Source: Centroscyllium fabricii
Taxonomy: Eukaryota
Reading direction: 5' to 3'
Assembly (NCBI GenBank): GCA_051313645.2
Contig: JBNRSN020000031.1
Location: forward strand, 4,030,001-4,094,000
DNA: 64,000 nt
The notes under the pieces are model-generated. The model saw nothing but the letters and a program-made list of their open reading frames with translations. It searched no databases and was not told the origin of the DNA. Shown here piece by piece: positions 1 to 8,704 of this stretch (positions are counted from its first letter, which is position 1; the number at the start of each line of letters is the position of its first letter). The position numbers and the translations under genes were made by a program.

Positions 1-99
1 ATTGCAGGCACCTCCTGAACACCAAGGAACAACACTGTCATTCTGACGAGAGGATCAGGTCAACAGAGTGTGATGAACAGAGCAATACACAAAACACAT

Positions 100-910
100 C
101 ACACCAACACGATCATCAAGTTCGCGGATGACACCATGGTGGTTGGCCAGATCACCAACAACGACGAGTCAGCCTACAGGGATGAGATCCAGCGCCTTGT
201 GGGTTGGTGAAGAGGGTTGGAAGCAGAAGACACACCTCCATCTTCATCCAAGGGGCTGAGGTGGAAAGGGTGTCCAGCTTCAAGTTCCTCGGGGTCCACA
301 TCTCATAAGATCTCTCCTGGTCACTAAACACCTCCTCTCTGGTCAAGAAGGCCCAACAGCGCCTGTACTTCCTAAGGAAGCTGAAGAAAGCCAGGCTGTC
401 ATCCGGCATCCTCTCCAACTTCTACCGCTGCACAATAGAAAGCATACTGACAAGCTGCATCACTGTCTGGTATGGTAATTGCACTATCTCAGACCGGAAA
501 ACCCTGCAGCGGGTAGTCAAAACTGCCCAACGAATTACCGGTACACAGCTACCGTCAATGGAAAGCATCTACCTCAAACGCTGCTTACGGAGGTCTCAGA
601 ACATTATTAAAGACCCCACACACCCCAGCCACAGTCTGTTCGCCCCCCTGCCCTCCGGGAGACGCTACAGAGCAATTTGCACCCGCACGACTAGATTTCA
701 GAACAGCTTCTTCCCCAGGGCTGTCAGCCTCCTGAACTCTAAAAAGAAACTCCGGTACCTGCACGCCTGATAATGTACTTTACTGTATGCAATTTGCATG
801 TCATTTATTTATTTGCACTACTCTCGGGAGAGTCAAGTCTTTGTCTCGTTGTATTGTACTAGTACTCTGCAATGACAATAAAACTTGAATTGAATTGAAT
901 TGAATTGAAC
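100..910 (+). mobile_element. 5'-truncated, degenerate non-LTR retrotransposon (LINE), Rex1/Babar-like: RT C-terminus, 3' UTR and simple-repeat tail
   Basis: Translation from 118 gives KFADDTMVVGQITNNDESAYRDEIQRL (RT FADD motif). After a deletion/frameshift it reads VERVSSFKFLGVHIS*DLSW...KKAQQRLYFLRKL...FYRCTIESILT..ITVWYG, continuing into ORF 558-770 (IIKDPTHPSHSLFAPLPSGRRYR...SFFPRAVSLLN), the C-terminus typical of Rex1/Babar LINEs. AATAAA at 877-882 precedes the tail. Confidence 0.85.
885..909 (+). repeat. (TTGAA)5 microsatellite forming the LINE 3' tail
   Basis: ttgaattgaattgaattgaattgaa directly follows AATAAA; degenerate CTGAAC-like units continue to ~940. Confidence 0.85.
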
Positions 911-1150
911 TTACCTGAACCTAAACCTGAACCTGAATTGTTCACCAATTCAGGAGCATGCTCAGTTTCATACCACACAAGGTCAGGATGAGAGGTCAAA
1001 CCTAGAATTTTCCTTGATTTGTGAACTGTCAAAGGGTGTAGGCGGATCGCTGCCCTAAAATAAACTGTACATCGTTAGTCAAACGTTGAGATAGTTTCAG
1101 TGCTAGTTAAATGCTGAGTTTACTTATATGTTTATCCTACTGAGAACATT

Positions 1151-1381
1151 GAGGGTGATTTCCCCGAAGGTGCAGGAACCTGGCGGGGATTGGTCAGGTT
1201 GAGTTTCTGTCCCGCCCACCCAAGGGCCTGGAAACCCGATGAAATTCTCCTGAAATTGATCAATTAAATCCCCGCCTGACTCAAGTCGGCAATCAAGGAG
1301 TTGCAGCGGGGAACGAGGAGTTTGACAGACAGTTCCAGGGACTGTCTCTTGACAGTTCCCATGGAAACGCAACATTGTGAA
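1151..1381. mobile_element. Left arm of a putative non-autonomous TIR element interrupted by the LTR retrotransposon
   Basis: gggtgatttccc (1153-1164) matches the reverse complement of ggaaaatccccc (6768-6779) at 10/12. The reconstructed empty insertion site is a palindrome. Weak support. Confidence 0.3.
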
Positions 1382-1663
1382 TGTGGTAATCATGATTACC
1401 AGTGTAAATAGTTGAGCACACTACAGACCAGCATGTATAGTGGCTGGGTGCATTGTACATAGTTTTGTATAACGACACTGTCGTGAGGTCAGGTCAGCCA
1501 CATCTCTAACTCCTCCCCTCAGGTGAGTGCCTTATAGGTGGGGTCTGACCTGCCCCCATTCATTCTGTACTCAATGTTCGACTGGAGAGTAGCTCCATTA
1601 TAAAGTGAATAAAAGCCTCTAGTTAAGGTAACTACTCGTCTTTGCTTCATTGACGATACGTCA
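1382..1663 (+). repeat. 5' LTR (282 bp)
   Basis: tgtggtaatc...gatacgtca; matches 6041-6322 apart from 6 substitutions; AATAAA at 1608-1613. Confidence 0.96.
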
Positions 1664-1664
1664 A

Positions 1665-1678
1665 TTTTATTCACTTTA
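1665..1678 (+). promoter_or_regulatory. Atypical primer-binding-site position, complementary to LTR 1601-1614
   Basis: ttttattcacttta is the exact reverse complement of taaagtgaataaaa (1601-1614). The TGG start expected for tRNA-CCA priming is absent. Confidence 0.65.
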
Positions 1679-1686
1679 AAATTAAA

Positions 1687-2877
1687 ATGGAGAGCGGTGC
1701 TGTGAAACCCGAAAAGCTGGATGTCAGTCCACAGGATCCAGACGCCGGCAATATGTTTGAACATAGGTTCAGCCTCATCGAGGCCTACATGGTGGCCGCC
1801 AAGAGGACGACCGACGGGAACAAACTCCACGTTCCCTCGTCCAGGATCTCCAGCCGGGTATACTCCTTCATCTACGATGCAAAAACGTACAAAGAGGCCG
1901 TGGAGAAACTGAAGGCATGCTACGTGCGCCTGGTCCACTCGGTCTACGCCAGACACGTGCTGGTGACCAGACAACAACGGATCGGTGAGTCCAATGAACA
2001 ATATCTGTTGCCGCTCTAAGCCCTCGCTTGGGCCTGTGACTGCCAGGCACGGACGGCGCAGGAGGAGATGAATCTTTTCGTTCGGGACGCCTACGTGACG
2101 GGTATCAGGTTCGGCCACGCCCTCCAGCGGTTGCTGGAGAAAAAGACCTTATCGCTGGAAGAGGCGATCTCCATCTCTAACGCGGTGGATGGAGCACGCC
2201 GCAGACTAGAGGCGTATAGCGGCCAAGGCCCACAAGCCACCCTCGATTCCTGGGTGGCCCCACGATAGGTCGAGACCCCCACAACGGCAGCGGCAGCTGC
2301 GAAGATGCCGGCGGATAAAAGATGTTACTTCTGCGGCCAGGGACTACATCCGCGAGCGAAATGCCCCGCGAGGACCGCGACCTGTGAGAAATGCAGTAAA
2401 AAGGGACATTACGCCAGGGCCTGCAAATCAGCCCCAGCGCCCAGCTCCAGACACAACAGCACGGCTTGTGAGAGCTCCAACGCCAACCCATGGCCTCAGG
2501 TAAGCTGCTGTTGCAGCGCGACCCAGCAGCGGTCCAGGGGTAGAGTACAAGCGCCCCCGTCTCCCACACTGATACGGCAGAGGCTGGGCACGCACACGGC
2601 ATGGGCACCGCCACGCCCAAGGTGGCCGCGGCCGGCCTGGGGTGACCCCCCAACGCCAGCATCTCGCCCAGCACGGCCCGCTGCGTGCGAATCATGTGCG
2701 CCGCCAACTCAGCCACCGCGGCCCACCGCGTGCGAACCACAGGCACCGGCACCGCGTCCACAGCAGCCCGCAGCATGCGAATCATGGGCGCCGCCATCTT
2801 GTCTTCAGCGGCCAGCCATGTGCGACTCCCCGGCGCCGCCATCTTGTCTTCAGCAGCCAGCCATGTGCGACCCCCCC
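1687..2877 (+). pseudogene. gag: gag-like region: capsid-like N-terminus, two CCHC zinc knuckles, Pro-rich repeat; two in-frame stops
   Basis: ORFs 1687-2019, 2068-2268 and 2305-3057 are all in the same frame, separated by TAA (2017-2019) and TAG (2266-2268). CYFCGQGLHPRAKC and CEKCSKKGHYARAC both fit CX2CX4HX4C. Confidence 0.88.
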
Positions 2878-2990
2878 GGCACCGCCATCTTGTCTTCAGC
2901 GGCCAACCATGTGCGACCCACCGGCGCCGCCATCTTGTCCACCGCGGTCGGCCGTGTGCGAATCATGGGCACCGCCATCTTGTGCACGGC
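2680..2990 (+). repeat. 45-bp tandem repeat within gag-pol (15-aa Pro/Cys-rich unit, e.g. CDSPAPPSCLQQPAM)
   Basis: ccgccatctt recurs at 2791, 2836, 2882, 2927 and 2972 (spacings 45, 46, 45, 45); degenerate tgcgaa-anchored units at 2686, 2731 and 2776. Confidence 0.9.
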
Positions 2991-4000
2991 CCCAGCTAGC
3001 AGAGAGCCCCCACACACGCACACACACTTTGACCTTAGCCACAGTCGACCAGGCTAGGCTGCACACACTATCAAATTCCATGATGGCGATTAAAGTTAAC
3101 GGCCATATCACCAACTGCCTGTTCGACACCGGAAGCACAGAGAGCTTCATTCACCCTGACACAGTACCGCGCTACAGACTGCAGACCCTGCCCTCGCACT
3201 ACCAAATCTCCCTCGCTTCAAAGTCCCACACGGCGGACGTCACCGGCTATTGCTCCGTCACGCTCACAGTCAGGGACTGCGTGTACCGTAATTTTAAACT
3301 GTACATATTCCAGCAGTTGTGTGCCCCAGTCTTACTGAGACTGGATTTCCAGTGCCACCTGAAGAGCGTGACAATGGAGTTCGGCGGGACCCTGCCCCCA
3401 CTCGCCGTCAGTAGACGGGAAAATCCCTTTCTAAAGCGGAGCCCGACTTGCGGCCTATCCACCCTGAAAGTCGACCCCCCCTCGCAGTTCGCCAACCTCG
3501 ACCCCAACTGCAAACCCATTGTTACCAAGAGTCGGCGTTACAGTGCAGGGGATCGGGCATTTATCAGGTCGGAGGTTGGGCGTATGCTGCAGGATGGGAT
3601 AATTGAAGCCAGCACCAGCCCCTGGCGGGCCCAGGTCGTAGTGGTTAAGACTGGTGAGAAACTGCGGATGGTGATCGACTACAGCCAGACCATTAACCGC
3701 TACACCGGGCTCGATGCCTATCCCCTTCCCCGCATCTCAGAAATTGTTAACCAGATCGCCCAGTATAAGGTGTTCTCCACAATCGACCTTAAGTCGGCGT
3801 ATCACCAACTCCCGATCCGGAAAGCCGACCGCCCATACACCGCCTTCGAGGCGAACGGTCGGCTCTACCACGTCCTCTGGGTCCCCTTCGACGTGACCAA
3901 CGGAGTGTCGGTATTCCAGAGGGAGATGGAACGTATAGTTGACCAGAACGGGTTGCAGGCTACTTTCCCCTACCTGGACAATGTGACCATCTGCCATCTG
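2878..4000 (+). pseudogene. pol: pol 5' part: aspartic protease and reverse transcriptase
   Basis: Protease CLFDTGSTESFI; RT motifs SPWRAQVVVV, RMVIDYSQTINRYT, DAYPLPRI, FSTIDLKSAYHQ, TAF and YLDN. The frame is broken by a 7-bp duplication (ccatctg twice, 3987-4000). Confidence 0.93.
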
Positions 4001-5927
4001 CGGCCATGACCAGCAGGACCACGATGCCAACCTGGCCAAATTACTCCACACGGCGAAACGGCTCGTTCTCACGTACAATAAAGACAAGTGCGTCTTTAGT
4101 ACAGATCGGCTCGCCATCCTCGGATACATAGTGGAAAATGGGGTCCTTGGCCCCGACCCACAGCGTATGCGCCCCTTACAGGAACTGCCCTTACCTCACA
4201 ACCCCAAAGCCCTAAAGAGATGTCTGGGATTATTTTCCTATTACGCGCAATGGGTTCCCCAGTTCGCGGATAAGGCCAGACCGCTCCTCAAGGCTGCCGT
4301 CTTTCCCCTCTCGGTAGAAGCCCACATGGCATTCGCCCGGATCAAGGAAGATATTATCAAGGCGACCATGGACGCCGTTGATGAGTCCATCCCTTTCCAG
4401 GTGGAGAGTGACGCTTCGGACTTTACCCTTGCCGCCACCCTGAATCAGGCAGGCAGACCCATAGCGTTTTTCTCCCGCAGCCTACAGGGACCCGAAACTC
4501 GCCACTCTGCAGTGGAAAAGGAGGCCCAGGCCATCGTGGAGGCCATGCGCTACTGGCGTCATTACCTGGCCGGTAAGCATTTTACCCTGCTCACCGACCA
4601 ACGGTCGGTCGCGTTTATGTTTAAAAATAAACAAAAGGGTAAAATCAAGAATGATAATATCCTGCAGTGGCGGATCGAGCTCTCGACTTACGAGTATGAC
4701 ATTCTTTATCGACGAGGCAAACTAAATGATCCCCCGGACACACTGTCCAGGAGAACGTGTGCCAGTGCCCAGCTAGACCGGCTGAAGGAACTCCACGATC
4801 GCCTCTGCCACCCGGGTATCACCAGACTTGCCCATTTCGTTAAATCTCGTATCCTCACCTACTCCATCACGGACATCAAGGCTATGACCCGAGAGTGCCC
4901 TGTTTGCGCCGAGTGCAAACCCCAATTTTACAGGCCAGACACAGCACACATCATTAAGGCCACCCGCCACTTTGAACGTCCAAGCGTGGACTTCAAAGGC
5001 ACCCTCACCTCCACCAACCGCAACTCGTACTTCCTCACGGTCGTAGACGAGTTATCCTGCTTCCCCTTTGCCTTCCCCTGCCCAGATATGATGAGCGCAA
5101 TGGTGATCAAACACTTCACCACGTTATTCGCCATTTTCGGTCTCCCCAGCTACATCCATAGCGACCGGGGGTCGTCGTTCATGAGCGACGAACTGCGTCA
5201 GTTTCTGCGTCAGAAAGGGGTTGCCTCAAGCAGAACGACCAGTTACAACCCCCGGGGGAATGGTCAGGTAGAAAGGGAGAACGGGATCATCTGTAAGGTG
5301 GTCAGCCTGGCTCTGAAGTCCAGAGGCCTTCCAGTGCCCCGTTGGCAGGCAGTCCTCCCAGATGCACTCCACTCCATCCACTCTCTGCTGTGTACGGCTA
5401 CCAACGCCACACCTCACGAATTGCTCTTTTCATTCCCCAGGAAGTCAACTTCGGGGACAGCACTCCCACCGTGGCTCACGATGCCGGGGCCGGTCTTGCT
5501 TAGAAAACATGTCAGCGGCCATAAGACTGACCCCCTGGTGGAAAAGGTGCAGCTGCTGTACGCCAACCCGCATTACACCTACGTGCAGTTCCCGGACGGG
5601 CGCAAGGACACAGTTTCCATCAGGGACCTAGCGCCCGCCGGGAGCACCACAGCAGAGCCTCTGGTCGAGCCTCAGCCCGACCAGCCACCACCTACCAACT
5701 ACTGGCCTACACACCAACCACAACCCATTGGATCTTGGCCTATGCACACGCACACACCGGGGCCCCTGACACTACCTGCCGAGAAACAAGAACCAGACGC
5801 CACACCACAGACACAGCTGCCGGAGGACCCGGCCCCGCCGCCACTACCGGCACCAGCAACACTACCAGAACCCCGGCAGTCCTCAAGGCAGACACAACCG
5901 AAAGAGAGACTTATTGTGAACTGTTGA
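4001..5927 (+). pseudogene. pol: pol 3' part: RT thumb, RNase H, integrase (HHCC and DDE), Pro-rich tail
   Basis: GHDQQDHDANL...DKCVF...LGYIV; CLGLFSYY; RNase H VESDASD...EKEAQAIV...TDQRSV; integrase HDRLCHPG...CPVC, VDFKG, HSDRGSSF, GQVERENG; stop at 5925-5927. Confidence 0.94.
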
Positions 5928-6026
5928 GCTGGACTCATACAATAATAACAATAATATGCAAAAAAATATATCTTCCTTCCCTGCATAAACAGGTTCTGTC
6001 CATTCTTCCCGCCGGACTCAATTTTC

Positions 6027-6040
6027 AAAGAAGGGGTGGA
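6027..6040 (+). promoter_or_regulatory. Polypurine tract (plus-strand primer)
   Basis: aaagaaggggtgga lies immediately 5' of the 3' LTR. Confidence 0.85.
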
Positions 6041-6322
6041 TGTGGTAATCATGTTTACCAGTGTAAATAGTTGAGCACACTGCAGACCAGCATGTATAGT
6101 GGCTGGGTGCATTGTACATAGTTTTGTATAACGACACTGTCGTGAGGTCAGGTCAGCCACACCTCTAACTTCTCCCCTCAGGTGCGTGCCTTATAGGTGG
6201 GGTCTGACCTGCCCCCATTCATTCTGTACTCAATGTTCGACTGGAGAGTAGCTCCATTGTAAAGTGAATAAAAGCCTCTAGTTAAGGTAACTACTCGTCT
6301 TTGCTTCATTGACGATACGTCA
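6041..6322 (+). repeat. 3' LTR (282 bp)
   Basis: Direct repeat of 1382-1663 with TG...CA ends. Confidence 0.96.
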
Positions 6323-6780
6323 GTGACATCACAATGGATTGCAACCAATCGCAAAGGCCAAGTACTTTGAGTGACAGTTGGATGGTCGGGCTGCAAATCT
6401 TTGACTGGTAGGGAGCGTCTCTCAATTGATTTGTCAAGGTAAGGTTTTTAAAATTTTTCTCCATAGCTGGTCTTCACCCAAGGGAGTCACTTACAACCTC
6501 CAGGGTGTTGAAGGCCTGGAAGGCATTCTGCTCTAGGTCCTTCAATGCCTTGAAGGTGAAAGTGAACAAGGCCACTGTGCTCCCGCTGGGTTTCACCAGC
6601 GGGGTTTCAGGATGGTGGGATTTGGTGGGAAGGGGTTTAAAATAGGTGAGGGCCCTTAAAATGGAATTATGCAGTCCAATTAAGGGCTCTCAATTACCTC
6701 AAAGAGCATCCCTGCCGGCTCCACGATTTAAGGGCCAGCCCGGCGGAAAGCCCCCGTCACGGAGCAAGGAAAATCCCCCC
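6323..6780. mobile_element. Right arm of the putative non-autonomous TIR element
   Basis: Ends in ggaaaatcccccc, a weak inverted match to 1153-1164; no credible coding potential. Confidence 0.3.
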
Positions 6781-7309
6781 ATGTACAAAAAAGGTTTAAA
6801 AGTAAAGCTTAACATTTTTCTTTTAAAAGAAATGGGATGTAACATTTGTACATTGAGTTATCATTGGCCCACAGGCATCTGTAAGGACTATCTATTATAT
6901 TCACGTAATCACATGCTGAGTTATCATTGTCCCAGAGGCATCTGTAAGGACGAACTATTATATTCACGTAATCACATGCTGAGTTATTATTGGCCCACAG
7001 GCATCTGTAAAGACTACCTATCATATTCACGTAATCACATGATGAGTTATCATTGTCCCACAGGCATCTGTAAGGACTACCTATTATATTCACGTAATCA
7101 CATGCTGAGTTATCATTGGTCCACACCAATCTGTAAGGACTACCTATTATATTCACGTAATCACATGCTGAGTTATCATTGGCCCACAGGCATCTGTAAG
7201 GACTACCTATTATATTCACGTAATCACATGCTGAGTTATCATTGGACCACACCAATCTGTAAGGACTACCTATTATATTCACGTAATCACATGCTGAGTT
7301 ATCATTGGC

Positions 7310-7940
7310 CCACAGGCATCTGTAAGGACTACCTATTATATTCACATAATCACATGCTGAATTATCATTGGCCCAAAGGCATCTGTAAGGACAACCTATT
7401 ATACTCACGTAATCACATGCGGAGATATCATTGGTCCACAGGCATCTGTAAGGACTACCTATTATATTCACGTAATCACATGCTGAGTTATCATTGGCCC
7501 ACAGGCATCTGTAAGGACTACCTATTATATTCACGTAATCACATGCTGAGTTATCATTGGCCCAGAGGCATCTGTAAGGACTACCTATTGTATTCACGTA
7601 ATCACACGCTGAGTTATCATTGGCCCACAGGCATCTGTAAGGACTACCTATTATATTCACATAATCACATGCTGAATTATCATTGGCCCACAGGCATCTG
7701 TAAGGACAACCTATTATACTCACGTAATCACATGCGGAGATATCATTGGTCCACAGGCATCTGTAAGGACTACCTATTATATTCACGTAATCACATGCTG
7801 ACTTATCATTGGCCCACAGGCATCTGTAAGGACTACCTATTATATTCACGTAATCACATGCTGAGTTATCATTGGCCCAGAGGCATCTGTAAGGACTACC
7901 TATTGTATTCACGTAATCACACGCTGAGTTATCATTGGCC
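7310..7940. repeat. 315-bp (5-monomer) higher-order repeat, 2 copies
   Basis: Diagnostic ggagatatcattggtcc at 7421 and 7736; cccagagg...tattgtattcacgtaatcacacgct at 7561 and 7876. Confidence 0.85.
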
Positions 7941-8184
7941 CACAGGCATCTGTAAGGACTACCTATTATATTCACGTAATCACATGCTGAGTTATCATTG
8001 GCCCACAGGCATCTGTAAGGACTGCTATTGTATACACGTAATCACATGCTGAATTATCATTGGCCCACAGGCTTCTGTAAGGACTACCTATTATATTCAC
8101 GTAATCACATGCTGAATTATCATTGGCCCACAGGCATATGTAAGGACTACCTATTATATTCACGTAATCACATGCTGAGTTATC

Positions 8185-8432
8185 CAAAGATGTGCGGGTT
8201 ACGTTGATTGGCCAGGATAAATTGATCCTTAGTGTTAGGGGGATTAAATATGTGGGGTTACAGGGATAGGGTGGGATATGTGTTGATGCAGGCTCAATAG
8301 GGATCGAGCGATATGGGGAGAGGGCATTGGTGGGGTACTGGGTTTGGATGATCAGCCATGATCTCATTGAATGGCGGAGCAGGCTCGAAGGGCCGAATGG
8401 CCTACTCCTGCTTCTAGTTTCTATGTTTCTAT
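8185..8432 (+). mobile_element. 5'-truncated HE1-like V-SINE with CR1-derived 3' tail, inserted in the satellite
   Basis: Starts caaagatgtgcgggttacgttgattggcc (end of the V-domain) and ends ...gaatggcctactcctgcttctagtttctatgtttctatg. 6-bp target-site duplication gttatc at 8179-8184 and 8433-8438. Confidence 0.88.
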
Positions 8433-8704
8433 GTTATCATTGGCCCACAGGCATCTGTAAGGACTACTATTGTACTCACGTAATCACATGCTGAGTTATC
8501 ATTGGCCCACAGGCATCTGTAAGGACTACCTATTATATTCATGTAATCACATGCTGAGTTATCATTGGCCCACAGGCATCTGTAAGGACTACTATTATAT
8601 TCACATAATCACATGCTGAGTTTTCATTGGCCCACAGGCATCTGTAAGGACTACCTATTATATTCACGTAATCACATGCTGAGTTATCATTGACCAACAG
8701 GCAT

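Larger units (their letters stand above)
1382..6322 (+). mobile_element. Full-length Ty3/Gypsy LTR retrotransposon, inactivated (Mag-like gag with two CCHC knuckles)
   Basis: Two 282-bp direct repeats with TG...CA ends; domain order gag-PR-RT-RNaseH-IN (Gypsy order); polypurine tract before the 3' LTR; flanks GTGAA and GTGAC are an imperfect 5-bp target-site duplication. Confidence 0.97.

Noticed and set aside
152-418. 88-aa minus-strand ORF, and ORFs 1124-1393 and 1293-1478, as host genes
   Set aside because: The first is the antisense shadow of the LINE RT; the others are short, cross repeat boundaries and have no recognisable domain.
1384-1395. Origin of the satellite from the LTR (shared gtaatca..tg)
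   Set aside because: The match is only about 7 bp; I could not see extended similarity between the monomer and the LTR, LINE or SINE sequences.
1519-6396. Antisense and alternate-frame ORFs in the LTR element (1519-2118, 2177-2842, 3737-4129, 5699-6160, 5735-6070) as env or accessory genes
   Set aside because: They shadow GC-rich gag-pol or LTR sequence and show no recognisable motifs; only 113 bp separate the pol stop from the 3' LTR, leaving no room for env.
6809-7975. Resemblance of the minus-strand repeat peptide (CDYVNIIGSPYRC) to calcium-binding EGF or C2H2 zinc-finger linker motifs
   Set aside because: Only 2 Cys per 21 aa. EGF needs 6 Cys in about 40 aa, and C2H2 fingers need a 28-aa period with two His. 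The similarity is superficial.
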